Source: an uncultured Verrucomicrobiae bacterium | Lineage (GTDB): Bacteria > Verrucomicrobiota > Verrucomicrobiia > Chthoniobacterales > JAFAMB01 | Reading direction: 5' to 3' | NCBI GenBank assembly: GCA_963762565.1 | Contig: CAVXLD010000001.1 | Span: 416,001-480,000 of the forward strand | Length of the DNA: 64,000 nucleotides | In this document: positions 30,736 to 40,878 of the stretch, in pieces | Layout of the letters: each line of letters begins with the position of its first letter | Position numbering within the stretch: the first letter of the stretch is position 1 | Notes under the pieces: generated by a model | Database searches by the model: none | What the model was told of the DNA's origin: nothing | Seen by the model: the letters and a program-made list of their open reading frames with translations, nothing else | Position numbers and translations under genes: made by a program

Positions 30736-31257
30736 ATGATGTTCGCAGAATGGGAAATCAAGGCGCGGAGCCACGCTTGCGCGCACACCCAGATTCCTTT
30801 CAACGACGGTGACACCATTTGGACTTTGTTGTACCGGGATAAACACGGCTTTCGGCGGGAAGACATTTCCGACGCGGCCCGGACCCAGTTGAAGGAATCA
30901 GCTCAGCCGTTTTCGTTTTGGAAATCGAAATATCAGGCCCCACCCGCGACCCCGCCTGAACCGATGCAAAAGGAGTCGGTGGAGGCGTTGTTGCGCCGGC
31001 TGATCGAGGAAGACCGTCCGGAATATCTCAATACCCGTTACGTGCTGGCTGCGATGCTCGAGCGCAAAAAGATTCTAAAACCGGTCGATGTTCGAGAGAC
31101 CGGCTCGGAGAAGATACTGGTGTACGAACACGCAAAGAGCGGAGAGGCCTTTTTGATCGTCGATCCCGGGTTACGGCTGGATCAGCTGGACGCGGTGCAA
31201 GACGAAGTCGCCTTGTTGCTTGCGAACGGCTTAGCGTCCCAACAGCCGGAACAGTGA
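30736..31257 (+). CDS. Hypothetical protein
   Basis: 173-aa ORF divergent from purK, with TATAAT immediately upstream; no recognised domain. Confidence 0.75.
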   Translation: MMFAEWEIKARSHACAHTQIPFNDGDTIWTLLYRDKHGFRREDISDAARTQLKESAQPFSFWKSKYQAPPATPPEPMQKESVEALLRRLIEEDRPEYLNTRYVLAAMLERKKILKPVDVRETGSEKILVYEHAKSGEAFLIVDPGLRLDQLDAVQDEVALLLANGLASQQPEQ

Positions 31258-31258
31258 C

Positions 31259-31491
31259 GGTAGGGCGAAAAACTCGGCGCGCACAGGGCATCGTTTTATC
31301 ATTCGATCTATCCGCGCCGGTTTTGAGCCGGGCCGCGCGTGCCTTTGCTCCGCGACCGTGCAGGAGAATACCGACGCTTGGTTTCGCATGAATTCCCGAC
31401 CTATTAAACTCGTTAGGTCGCGGCTCAAAACCGGCGCGGACGAACTGATTTGACAAACTAAGCCCAGGGGCACCGAGTTTTTCGCCCTACC
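31259..31491. repeat. Nested REP-like palindrome
   Basis: GGTAGGGCGAAAAACTCGG arms enclosing TCCGCGCCGGTTTTGAGCCG / CGGCTCAAAACCGGCGCGGA arms; same families as 11460-11845. Confidence 0.8.
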
Positions 31492-31575
31492 GAGAAGGGG
31501 AGACGCCACCAAAATCCGCCCCCCTCTTGCTAAAACTCAGGTCTAGATAATGGTAGTCAGCAACGAATTCATTAT

Positions 31576-32313
31576 ATGCCGAGCAATAATCCGGTTTTAA
31601 GAAGAGCGCCCTTCAGCTCAGTTCAGCCAGGGGAAATGGCAGAACCTATGACGCTGAATGGCGTGATCCTCCGCACATTTTTCCTATTGGTTCTCGTGGT
31701 CGCGTCCGCTGCTACTTCCTGGACCTTTTTACAAAGTCGCCCTGAAGCTCTCTCTGGTACGATTCTAGTTGGCGTCTTAGGAGGACTTGGCTGCGCGCTT
31801 TTCACGACTTTCAACCCGCGGAGGGCTGCGATTGCAGGATCCATTTACTGTCTCTTTGAGGGGACAGCCATCGGAGGTATCACTTTCTTCGCCGAGGCTC
31901 GCTACCCTGGCGTCGCGTTTCAAGCTGTATGCCTGACCTTCGCCATCTTGTTTGCCCTGCTTGGACTTTACTCGTTTCGCATTATCAGGGTTTCCCAAAC
32001 GTTTCGGAGCCTGATCGTTTCAGCGACCCTCGGAATCGCGGTGGTCTACGGGTTGAATATGCTGCTGAGCATTTTCCATATGCCAATAGGCTTTGTCTCC
32101 GGGTCTGGAACATTCGGGATTTTATTTAGCCTTTTCGTGGTTGTAATCGCCGCGATGAATCTCATTCTGGACTTCCAATTCATCGAGACCGGCATCGAGA
32201 ACCGGGCTCCAAAATGGGCGGAGTGGTACGCCGGCTTCTCGTTGATGGTGACACTGATCTGGCTGTACCTGGAGATCCTTAGATTGCTGATGAACTTGGC
32301 GCGGAGACGGTAG
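31576..32313 (+). CDS. Bax inhibitor-1/YccA family membrane protein
   Basis: SNNPVL, about 7 TM helices, LILDF..IE.G..APK..EWY..F.L.VTLIWLYLEILRLL. Confidence 0.9.
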   Translation: MPSNNPVLRRAPFSSVQPGEMAEPMTLNGVILRTFFLLVLVVASAATSWTFLQSRPEALSGTILVGVLGGLGCALFTTFNPRRAAIAGSIYCLFEGTAIGGITFFAEARYPGVAFQAVCLTFAILFALLGLYSFRIIRVSQTFRSLIVSATLGIAVVYGLNMLLSIFHMPIGFVSGSGTFGILFSLFVVVIAAMNLILDFQFIETGIENRAPKWAEWYAGFSLMVTLIWLYLEILRLLMNLARRR

Positions 32314-32364
32314 GGGGCGGGCCTTTGGCACGCACAGCCGGCGCGCCGAATTTTTCGCCCTACC

Positions 32365-32973
32365 TCACGCCTTCGCTTTCGCCGCCATGTGCAGCGCGGT
32401 CTTTCGACTGCAAGAGCCTTTCTCGAGAAGATCGAGGCAGGCCGCCTCGATGCGAACCGTCAACTTCATCGGTTTAAAGCCGAGACTGTTCGCCAGGAAC
32501 CGTTCTCGCAGGGTGATGCAGTCGTCTCGCACCTGGACAACCTCGTGACAGTCCGCGCAAACAATGTGAAACGAGGCCGGAGATTGTTCGCGGTTCACCT
32601 CGTAGTACCGGTGCTCACGGTTCAGCTCCACGTCTCGGATCAGCCTGCTATCCAACAACATCGGCAAAGTGCGATAAACCGTGGCCAGTGAAATGAGCCG
32701 GTCGTTCTGGCGGGCTCTCGCGAGAAGATCTTCGGCGTGAAATGGACCTGGGAACGAGATCGCCGCCCGAACGATAACTTCCCTCGGTTTCGTCACCCGG
32801 AAGCCACTGGCTCGCAGATATCTCACCGCTTCATAAAACAGATCGTCAGGCTGTTTCTTAAGCCCTTCGACGCGTTCTGGCCGTTTGCCGGTGTTGGCAG
32901 GGAAAGTCCATGGCGCGATCTTATGCATAGCGCACTCTGTCCGTTCGAATTTCATGGTTGCCAACAACGACAC
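32365..32973 (-). CDS. Fur-family transcriptional regulator
   Basis: GFRVTKPR, HAEDL, ISLATVYRTL, HIVCADC; true start probably downstream of 32973. Confidence 0.88.
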   Translation of the reverse strand: MSLLATMKFERTECAMHKIAPWTFPANTGKRPERVEGLKKQPDDLFYEAVRYLRASGFRVTKPREVIVRAAISFPGPFHAEDLLARARQNDRLISLATVYRTLPMLLDSRLIRDVELNREHRYYEVNREQSPASFHIVCADCHEVVQVRDDCITLRERFLANSLGFKPMKLTVRIEAACLDLLEKGSCSRKTALHMAAKAKA

Positions 32974-33046
32974 TTATTACCCTAACCCTTATGCACCCGA
33001 TAGCGGCATAACGCAAACGCCGACAACGACGAACACACCCAAAGCC

Positions 33047-33258
33047 AACCGCAGATGAACGCAGATTTACGCAGATAAAGACAACTGCGAATGGAGGCGA
33101 ATTGAGAGGAATGACTGTCTTTTATTCGCGTTTGTTCGTGTCCATTCGCGGTTCATTCCTCTGTTTGCGGTTGCGGTTCCGCTGCGTTCTGAATTCTACC
33201 CGATGTTAAAGTTGGTTTTACGGGCCTTATCTGCGTAAATCTGCGTTCATCTGCGGTT
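33047..33258. repeat. Perfect 32-bp inverted repeat made of ~10-nt CGCAGAT units
   Basis: AACCGCAGATGAACGCAGATTTACGCAGATAA 33047-33078 and its exact reverse complement 33227-33258. Confidence 0.85.
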
Positions 33259-33266
33259 GAAGTTCC

Positions 33267-34637
33267 CTAACCCGCTTTTACCCGCGTCCGCAAGAACGTC
33301 GGCACGTCAAGATCTTGTCCGTCGACGATGGTTGGTTCGCTTTTTTCGAATCTACCCCGAGAGACCGCATCAAATTGAAGCACCTCCTGCTTAGCCTCTA
33401 TCTTCTTCGGGGGAGGCTTCGGAGCTCCCTTACTTACTGGGACAATTTCCTTATTTGAGGCGTGATTCTCCGCAGGTTCTGAACTCTTCTCCGGCTTCGA
33501 GCTAAACACTTCAATCGCCCGCCCGTTGTTCGCCGGTTCATCACCAACCTTCAAATTATTCACCGGCTCCGGAACAATCGCCGTGGTTAGGCTTGGAACT
33601 GGTTCGAGTCGCTCAGGTTCCTGGAGGGCCGGGTAGGCGGTTTTCAAAGTGCCCTCCGAACTACCCCCCAACGAACTGATAATACTCACTGACAATCGCG
33701 ACCCCATACTCGAATCGATAGCGATCCCCATTATCAACTGCGTGCGATCACTGACATGTCGATTGAGCTCTTCCATCACGTTCCCGACTTCCCCCAGAGT
33801 CACATTTGCTGTGCCCCGGATCTGGATGATCACATTGACAGCATTCGCCAACATTTCTCCGCGATGCATTAAGGGATTTCGTAGCGCTTTCACGAGAGCA
33901 TCGTGAGCCCGGTTCTCGCCTTCAGCTTCTCCAAAACCGAACAGGGCGCGCGTATCGCCGTCTCGAATGACCGCGCAAATATGGTCGAACCCCAAACGGA
34001 TCAGGCCCGGTTGTAGAAGTAGATTCGCAATTGCCCTGATGCTTTGACTAATGGTTACGTCAGCCGCAGCAAAGGCTTCATGGATCCCCATCCTCGGCAG
34101 AGTAACCTCGGCCATGCGGTCATTCTCGAAGCAGATCACCGCATCAGCATGCTCCCGCATGAGTTGCAAACTTGCGGCGGCTTGCGCACAACGCCGTCTT
34201 CCCTCGAAAGTGAAGGGCATTGTGATAAGTGCTATTACTAAGGCTCCGGCTTCTTTGGCCAGCTTGGCAATAAATGGCGTGGCTCCAGAGCCGGTTCCAC
34301 CGCCCAAGCCCGCACATAGAAAAATGATATCGCAGCCGGCGATGGCCGCTTGGATTTCATCAGTGCTTTCTTCGGCCGCCGCCAATCCCAATTCCGGATC
34401 GCCGCCAGAACCCAGACCCCTGGTTAGGTTCCGGCCGAGTTGAATTTTCTGGTTCGTAACCGAGCCGGTTAAAGATTGGACGTCCGTGTTCACGGTCGTC
34501 AGCTCGACATGATCAATTCCATCGAGCATGGCGCGATCCAGAATATTAGATCCGGCGCCACCAACACCGATCACTCTGATCTTCCGGGTTTCGTCGGTGC
34601 TTTCTTCCCGGCGATATTGCCTATTCAATTGGACCAT
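33267..34637 (-). CDS. ftsZ: Cell division protein FtsZ (divergent)
   Basis: GVGGAGSN, NTD, GLGGGTGSGA, PFTFEG, C-terminal DLDVPTFLR. Confidence 0.95.
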   Translation of the reverse strand: MVQLNRQYRREESTDETRKIRVIGVGGAGSNILDRAMLDGIDHVELTTVNTDVQSLTGSVTNQKIQLGRNLTRGLGSGGDPELGLAAAEESTDEIQAAIAGCDIIFLCAGLGGGTGSGATPFIAKLAKEAGALVIALITMPFTFEGRRRCAQAAASLQLMREHADAVICFENDRMAEVTLPRMGIHEAFAAADVTISQSIRAIANLLLQPGLIRLGFDHICAVIRDGDTRALFGFGEAEGENRAHDALVKALRNPLMHRGEMLANAVNVIIQIRGTANVTLGEVGNVMEELNRHVSDRTQLIMGIAIDSSMGSRLSVSIISSLGGSSEGTLKTAYPALQEPERLEPVPSLTTAIVPEPVNNLKVGDEPANNGRAIEVFSSKPEKSSEPAENHASNKEIVPVSKGAPKPPPKKIEAKQEVLQFDAVSRGRFEKSEPTIVDGQDLDVPTFLRTRVKAG

Positions 34638-34648
34638 ATGGGTGTTTT

Positions 34649-35866
34649 CTAAGTTCTAAAGATGCCGCTGAGCCGCTTCATCGTTCGGCTAAGAATCCCG
34701 CTCGTCATTGGGCGATCAAGGTGCACAAGGTGCGCGTACCGGACTAACCCGATAGCCGTGGAAAATTGTGGATGCTCAAAAGCAGAGGTAACTCCGGCCA
34801 ATGGCATAGGAGCCGTAGTCCGTGCCGGCATCCCGAAGACATCGCTGGCTAAGTGTTCGATCCCGCGCAGCTGGCTGCTGCCGCCCGTAATAAAAACCCC
34901 CGCCCCTAAGTAATTGAGGTTCTGATCAGCTGCGACTTGTCGCTCCACGATCTCGAGAATTTCGCGGACGCGGCAGTGAATAATTTGATTGAGGGTTTCC
35001 CGCTCGATTTCTTTGCCCGCAAAGCCGGTCTCATCTCGCAGCACGACCGTCTCTCCGGGGAAAGCGTTACCCAAAGTCACGTCTCCTTCTTCGATCTTAA
35101 GTTTCTCGGCGCGCGCGCTTGGTATTTTGAGACCGATGGACAAGTCGTTTGTGATGTGATCGCCGCCGACCGCGATGACACCGCTTTGCTTCACGGCGCC
35201 CTCGACATACACAACGAAATCGGTGGTGCCGCCGCCAATATCGATAACCAGAGCTCCAAGCTGTTTATAGTTCTTATCCAAGACCGCTTGAGCGGTAGCA
35301 AACGAGTTGATGACGACATCGGCTGTGTCTAGTTCGAGCTCTTTAACACAACGGATAGGATTTTGGATCCGGGTACGAATGCCGTAAACAATGTGGAACT
35401 CTGCTTCTAGCTTTTTTCCGAACAAACCCAACGGATTCAATACGCCATCCTGACCATCAACGTAGTAATGTTGGATGATAGTGTGAAGAACGCACTCCTC
35501 GATAGGTAGACTCACGTCGCGTGCATTGGTGCGAACGTCTTCGAGATCCTGCTCGTCGATCTCCTCTCTTCCCTCCTCTAACAAGACAACCCCGCGGTTG
35601 TTGAAGCTGCGAATATGCCCACCCGATATGCCAAGATAGACTTCACTAATCTCGACATCGCTTCGCTCTTCGGCATCCGCTATAGCATCATGGACGCAGC
35701 GTTTCGCAGTTTCGAAATCGACGATCTCGCCTTTGCGGATACCGCGAGAAGGTGCACTACCCACCCCTAATATCTTGAGCGTGTTATCATGGCGGGCCTC
35801 CGCCACAACCACGCAGACTTTAGTGGTGCCGATTTCTATTCCTGCAAAGATATTGTCTCTAGCCAT
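34649..35866 (-). CDS. ftsA: Cell division protein FtsA
   Basis: EIGTTKV, GIRKGEIVD, DIGGGTTD, VGGDHIT, ITGGSS. Confidence 0.97.
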   Translation of the reverse strand: MARDNIFAGIEIGTTKVCVVVAEARHDNTLKILGVGSAPSRGIRKGEIVDFETAKRCVHDAIADAEERSDVEISEVYLGISGGHIRSFNNRGVVLLEEGREEIDEQDLEDVRTNARDVSLPIEECVLHTIIQHYYVDGQDGVLNPLGLFGKKLEAEFHIVYGIRTRIQNPIRCVKELELDTADVVINSFATAQAVLDKNYKQLGALVIDIGGGTTDFVVYVEGAVKQSGVIAVGGDHITNDLSIGLKIPSARAEKLKIEEGDVTLGNAFPGETVVLRDETGFAGKEIERETLNQIIHCRVREILEIVERQVAADQNLNYLGAGVFITGGSSQLRGIEHLASDVFGMPARTTAPMPLAGVTSAFEHPQFSTAIGLVRYAHLVHLDRPMTSGILSRTMKRLSGIFRT

Positions 35867-36971
35867 TGAAGGGCTTCAGTTCAGTACTTTTCGGTTTCTT
35901 GTGCGTGTTCTTGGTTTGGCTGGGGGATTTATCTGACTTGCGTCCCGGGTGGGTTACCGGCAAAGCCCGGCGGACAATCGGTTCCGGCGAAACCGCCGGT
36001 TGCGCCGGCTCCGCCGACCTCGTTGACTCCGCCGACCTCGTTGACTCCACCACAGGCTGAGGGCTCGCTGCGGCCAGGGCAGGCTCTTTGAATACCACGG
36101 GAATATTCCTTTCCGGCATCAGATTTGCCGACTCCAGGTCTCTGCCAGCGCGCTCGCAGTAGGAGACCAGCATGTCTAACTCCCGAAGCTCACGCATTAA
36201 ATCGTCGGGATCGAACTTTATCGCCACGCCCTGTTTATTAGTCGCTGATAAACAATATTCTTTTGAAACGTCAATCGTAGCAATTTGGTACCGGGACTTC
36301 AGCACATCCGGACAATCGCGGATCAGTTCAAGAGCCGATTTAACTGCATCATCGTCTATCGGCTGTCCAGCTGCGACCTTTTTGGTATCGACTCCGATGA
36401 TAATAGGTAGGGTCATATACTCGGGCGCCGAGCCCTTGGGTTGCAACGCGATCCCGCGCCGATCCACCAAAAGAGCGCCATCATAATTAAAGCCGGTTTT
36501 ATTAGCGTCTGCCGATGCGATCCAGGCGATCGGCCTGCGTTCCTGAATCACGATCACGAGTTTGTCCGGGAGCAGCCGTTGCACATCAACTTCTTCAACC
36601 TGCGGAAGCGCCCGCAGGCGATCTTCAACCGCGGAGAGGTTAACCGAAAAAATGTTGGTACCGTTCGCGATCTGGGCAGCTTGCAACACCGCGTCTCGCG
36701 CCAGATCGCCGTCCGTCGTTACTTCAACGGAATGAATAGCGTAATCGGGGTTAGTGAAGAAAACCGAATTGAGCAATCGCTGAGCGCCGAAAACGCCGGC
36801 ACCTAACAGTGAAAGGAGAATCAGAAGCAAAGAGAGAACAAAGAACCCCTTCTGGACCCGGCGGGCAGACGCTCGACGAGCGCGTACTTTGACGTCCAAC
36901 AGGTGCTGTTGCCGTCGCTGTCTCGACGTAGATAGTCTCCGGTTTTGCTTAGTCGGTCTTCTCTTGGTCAC
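35859..36971 (-). CDS. ftsQ: Cell division protein FtsQ/DivIB
   Basis: Basic N-terminal tail, TM helix, POTRA (LPQVEEVDVQRLLPDKLVIVIQERRPIA); upstream of ftsA. Confidence 0.9.
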   Translation of the reverse strand: MTKRRPTKQNRRLSTSRQRRQQHLLDVKVRARRASARRVQKGFFVLSLLLILLSLLGAGVFGAQRLLNSVFFTNPDYAIHSVEVTTDGDLARDAVLQAAQIANGTNIFSVNLSAVEDRLRALPQVEEVDVQRLLPDKLVIVIQERRPIAWIASADANKTGFNYDGALLVDRRGIALQPKGSAPEYMTLPIIIGVDTKKVAAGQPIDDDAVKSALELIRDCPDVLKSRYQIATIDVSKEYCLSATNKQGVAIKFDPDDLMRELRELDMLVSYCERAGRDLESANLMPERNIPVVFKEPALAAASPQPVVESTRSAESTRSAEPAQPAVSPEPIVRRALPVTHPGRKSDKSPSQTKNTHKKPKSTELKPFNG

Positions 36972-37105
36972 TGCTTGCTCACCACTCTCCTTTCCAGAGA
37001 TATCGTCGCAGCACGTCGTGGACAGTCAGCGCTTGCAACGCCCAAATTCAATCGGGGCAACATTATCCCGGCTGTTCTAGCAGCCTTCGGCAAGACAGTT
37101 TCGTT
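36968..37105 (-). pseudogene. ddl: Possible 3' remnant of D-alanine--D-alanine ligase
   Basis: ETVLPKAARTAGIMLPRL...ISLERRVVSKQ* resembles the Ddl C-terminus (TETSLLPKAAxAAGI); canonical position between murB and ftsQ; stop overlaps the ftsQ GTG. Confidence 0.45.
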
Positions 37106-37490
37106 GTTGATAACAGTTCTTGCCGAAAGTTCCAAGCTTAACCCGCAAAAAACGCACGCACCCACAGGGAGGGATCGCGTCCTCGCGATCAGTTGTTGCC
37201 GAAGCCGAGTACGTATCTTAATCGGGGACGAAAATACGCCTTTAGGTCCTGGCACATTCTCGCGGCGCGCGGGAACGCGCACCCTCCCCGACAAGAGCAG
37301 TAATCCAAAACTCCAGTACTCCGACACTCCAATACTCCGGCTCGCCGAATTCGAGGACAGCCTGTCCGCCGTAGCCCACGGTGTATGTTGCCAACCGCTC
37401 GAAGTCGGCCTCGCAAGCGAGGCGCGCTCCACAACCAGGAGTCGGCGAAGGCGGAACGACGAGAACGAAGCTATCCCGTGTTGCATGTAA

Positions 37491-39791
37491 TTAATACGTT
37501 TCATCGTCGGTCCCTACTACCTGAACTTCTAACTCAAGCTCGATCCCGCGCTCCTGTTTGGCAGTCTGCTGGATTTGGGCGATCAGATTCAGCACATCCT
37601 TCGCGCTCGCTGCGCCATCATCATTGACAATGAAATTGCCGTGAATCTCGGATACGCGCGCAGCGCCGACCTGCCGATTTTTTAGTCCCAGCTCTTCTAC
37701 CAGCTTACCGGCGGGACACGCCGCCGGATTCTTGAAAATGCAGCCTGCACTCGATGCGATGGGTTGCGAGTGCTTCCGCTTAGAGCTCGCTGTATCGAGC
37801 TTCGCATCGATCTCAGCTAACGTAGATTTCTGACCCTGAAACCGCGCAGAAACCGCAAAGCGTTCGCGCAATGTAGGAACATTCCGGTAGCGGATCTCCA
37901 TCATACCGGGAGTTAACACCTCAAATTCACCGCGCAGGCTAACCACCTGCACGCTTAGAACTTGCTCAAAGGTCTCTGCCCCAATTGCGCCTGCATTCAT
38001 TCGCAAGCTTCCACCCACACTTCCGGGGATGCCTTCCATCCACTCGAATCCTCCGACCTCAGCATTTCTCGCTGCGCCAACCAACTGCTTCAATCGTACA
38101 CCTGCGCCGGCCTCGATTTCCGTCCCCTCAACTTTGATCGCCCCGAAATCTCCTCTGACCAAATGAATGACACATCCGGGAATACCTCCGTCTCGCACCA
38201 GCAGATTCGAACCGCGACCGATTATCATCACTGGGTAGCGATTGGCCGAACAGAAAGCCAAAACATCTGCCAGGGCGCCCCGAGTCTCAGGTTCGACCCA
38301 AAACTGTGCTGGCCCGCCAACACGCAAGGTGGTGTGTCGAGACATTGGCTCGTAAAGCCGGACCTCGCCTACGCCCATGGCTTCGCGCAAAGCCTGAGCA
38401 ACCTCCAAATCCTGAACGAGTTTGCTGGCCTCTTCGTGGATATCACCAGCTCCAAGGCTCAGAATCACGTCACCTCTCTTTGCGATGCGGGCGAGTTCAC
38501 GATGGAGGTGCTGTCGGACCGGGACATAGGCTACGGAAGGATGTCCATGCTCACGAACCGCGTCAGCCACGGTCGCTCCAGTCACGCCAGGAATTGGTTG
38601 CTCGCTGGCAGGGTATACATCGGTGACGTAGACGACATCGGCGTCATCAAACGCTGCGCCAAATTGATTCCTCAGCGCCTGGGTCCGTGAATAGCGGTGT
38701 GGCTGGAACATTACCACCACCCGAGCTCCGCCCACGCCACGAGCCATTTTTAGAGTCGCTTTTATCTCCGTGGGATGATGCCCGTAATCATCGAAGACCT
38801 GGGCATATTCATTTTTGAGTTTGGCCTCGAACCGACGGCGCGCCCCGCGAAAACTGGCCAGCGCTTCGGAAATGTGGACCATTGGAACGCCTAGCTCGCT
38901 GGCCAAAGCGACTACCGCCAAGGCGTTACTAACGTTGTGTCTTCCCGGCACTCCCAAGTCAACCGAACCGAGCAGTTGGCCGGAGTGCCAAGCGTCGAAC
39001 CGGGAACCACTCGCCGTTAGCTGGATATTGCGAGATTGATAAGTTGCCTCCGCTGATTCACCATAGGAAATCGTTCTATCCCGCTCTCTGCATAGGTCAG
39101 ATGCATGCTCGTCGTCTGCACAATAGATGATGGAGCCACTCGTCTGGGCGATCAACTGGATGAAGACGCGATCGATAGCAGCGAGATCCCTATAGTAGTC
39201 GAGATGCTCTTCCTCTACATTCAGAATCACTGAATGCCGCGGCTGGTACAGGCAAAGAGTTCCGTCGCTTTCGTCTCCCTCCGCCACAAAAAATTTTCCT
39301 TCCCGGTCCCAATAAGCGTTGGTGCCAAGAATCGGGATCTCGGCGCCAACATAATGGGATGGACGGAGTCCGCCGATTCTTAGAACGTGAGCCGCCATGG
39401 CTGAAGTCGTGGTCTTGCCGTGCATCCCTGCGATCACGATGCCCTCTCGCGATTGCATAATCGCGGCTAGCGCTTCCGCCCTTCGCACCCGCGGAATATT
39501 CAGACGGACCGCCTCGTCGTAAGCCGGGTTCCCTTCCTTGATCGCTGACGAATAAATGACGAGGTCCGCACCGTAAACCGTCTCCGGCGTCTGGGGAAGA
39601 TGGAAAGTCAGACCTAAGTTTTCCAGGCGCCGAGTCTCGACAGAACTGACCCGATCGCTTCCACTGACGATATGCCCGAGTTCGAGCAGAAGTCCGGCGA
39701 TGCCGCTCATGCCGCTACCGGCCACCCCTATCAGATTGATCTTCCTGGGCGGATTCACCAGAATGGCTAAAGCCTGATCACTTGCTTCCAT
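37491..39791 (-). CDS. murC: Fused MurC-MurB
   Basis: MurC (IGVAGSGMSG, GMHGKTTT, EGDESD, DDYGHHPTE) continuing in frame into MurB (HTTLRVGGPA, GRGSNLL, GIPGSVGG..MNAGA, SAGCIFKNP, HGNFIVN). Confidence 0.95.
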   Translation of the reverse strand: MEASDQALAILVNPPRKINLIGVAGSGMSGIAGLLLELGHIVSGSDRVSSVETRRLENLGLTFHLPQTPETVYGADLVIYSSAIKEGNPAYDEAVRLNIPRVRRAEALAAIMQSREGIVIAGMHGKTTTSAMAAHVLRIGGLRPSHYVGAEIPILGTNAYWDREGKFFVAEGDESDGTLCLYQPRHSVILNVEEEHLDYYRDLAAIDRVFIQLIAQTSGSIIYCADDEHASDLCRERDRTISYGESAEATYQSRNIQLTASGSRFDAWHSGQLLGSVDLGVPGRHNVSNALAVVALASELGVPMVHISEALASFRGARRRFEAKLKNEYAQVFDDYGHHPTEIKATLKMARGVGGARVVVMFQPHRYSRTQALRNQFGAAFDDADVVYVTDVYPASEQPIPGVTGATVADAVREHGHPSVAYVPVRQHLHRELARIAKRGDVILSLGAGDIHEEASKLVQDLEVAQALREAMGVGEVRLYEPMSRHTTLRVGGPAQFWVEPETRGALADVLAFCSANRYPVMIIGRGSNLLVRDGGIPGCVIHLVRGDFGAIKVEGTEIEAGAGVRLKQLVGAARNAEVGGFEWMEGIPGSVGGSLRMNAGAIGAETFEQVLSVQVVSLRGEFEVLTPGMMEIRYRNVPTLRERFAVSARFQGQKSTLAEIDAKLDTASSKRKHSQPIASSAGCIFKNPAACPAGKLVEELGLKNRQVGAARVSEIHGNFIVNDDGAASAKDVLNLIAQIQQTAKQERGIELELEVQVVGTDDETY

Positions 39792-40872
39792 TGCCTGCAG
39801 TTTCGATAAGTTGACTGATCTCGGTCGCAGCATCCTTGGTCGCTAAGCGGCGCATGTTGTTCGACAGCAATTCTCGTTGCTCCGGCTTTGCTAACAGCTG
39901 TTCGATCAGATTAGCTACGGTTTCGCCGTTGGCAGATTCGGCGTCGATTACCTCTGCAGCCGAGGCTTGCTGAAAGATCTTCGCGTTCAGGGTCTGATGA
40001 TCGTCGGCAGCGAAAGGATACGGGATCAAGATGGTAACGCAGCCGAAATATGCCATTTCGCTCAGACTGGCCGCGCCGGATCGAGCGACGACGACATCCG
40101 CAGCGGAGTAGACTTCCTCCATCCGATGATGAAACGCGGCGATGAAGGCCGGTACACCCTCTTTCTTGTAGCGATCATAAATATACTGGTGATCTTCTCT
40201 TCCGGTTAGATGAACAAATTGAACCGGCTTCATGGCAAAATGGGGAAGGGCGGCTGCGATAGTCTCGTTTATGCCGTGGGCGCCTTGACTTCCGCCGATC
40301 ACGGCAACGGTTTGCAGATCTGGATTAAGCTTTAACAACCGTCTGGCCTCCGCTTTCTTGATCTCAGTCTTGACGCTCTTGCGAATCGGAGTGCCAGTGA
40401 CTACGACGGGTTTCTCCGGAAAATAAGTCGCGCACTCAGCGAAGCCCAACGCCACCCGATCCGAAAAACGAGCATTGATCCGATTCGCTTTGCCCGGAAT
40501 CGCGTTCGACTCGTGAATCATGGTCGGGATCTTGGACCACCGAGCGGCTAAGATGGGGGCGGTGGAAGTGAAGCCGCCCATACCGAGAACTGCATTCGGG
40601 CGAAAGGTTTTGAATACCCGGCGACAAGCAAACAGCCCGTTCAAGAATTTAGAGGTGAACGTCACGATCTCGGGTGAAAACAACCGAGGCAGCCCGACTG
40701 CTGGGATCCGTTCGATTTTAAAGTCCGTCCGATCACGGACTGCCAAAGAGTCGATCTGTTTCTCGGAGATAAAAAGTAGTACATCGTGACCGCGGTCCCG
40801 AAGGACCTCGGCAACAGCTAACCCTGGGAACAGGTGTCCACCCGTTCCGCCACATGCGATCGCAACATTCAT
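39778..40872 (-). CDS. murG: MurG glycosyltransferase
   Basis: GGTGGHLFPG, HESNAIPG, GGSQGA, RSGA, DHQTLNA. Confidence 0.97.
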   Translation of the reverse strand: MNVAIACGGTGGHLFPGLAVAEVLRDRGHDVLLFISEKQIDSLAVRDRTDFKIERIPAVGLPRLFSPEIVTFTSKFLNGLFACRRVFKTFRPNAVLGMGGFTSTAPILAARWSKIPTMIHESNAIPGKANRINARFSDRVALGFAECATYFPEKPVVVTGTPIRKSVKTEIKKAEARRLLKLNPDLQTVAVIGGSQGAHGINETIAAALPHFAMKPVQFVHLTGREDHQYIYDRYKKEGVPAFIAAFHHRMEEVYSAADVVVARSGAASLSEMAYFGCVTILIPYPFAADDHQTLNAKIFQQASAAEVIDAESANGETVANLIEQLLAKPEQRELLSNNMRRLATKDAATEISQLIETAGNGSK

Positions 40873-40878
40873 GAGAAC

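Noticed and set aside
36008..36050. 18-bp tandem duplication in ftsQ (ESTRSA x2)
   Set aside because: In-frame slippage in a disordered tail; ordinary.
36945..37627. Several 80-180-aa ORFs between murC-murB and ftsQ
   Set aside because: Mostly translations of REP composites (for example ERASLARP, LASEARST); only the last ~45 codons are kept as a possible ddl remnant.
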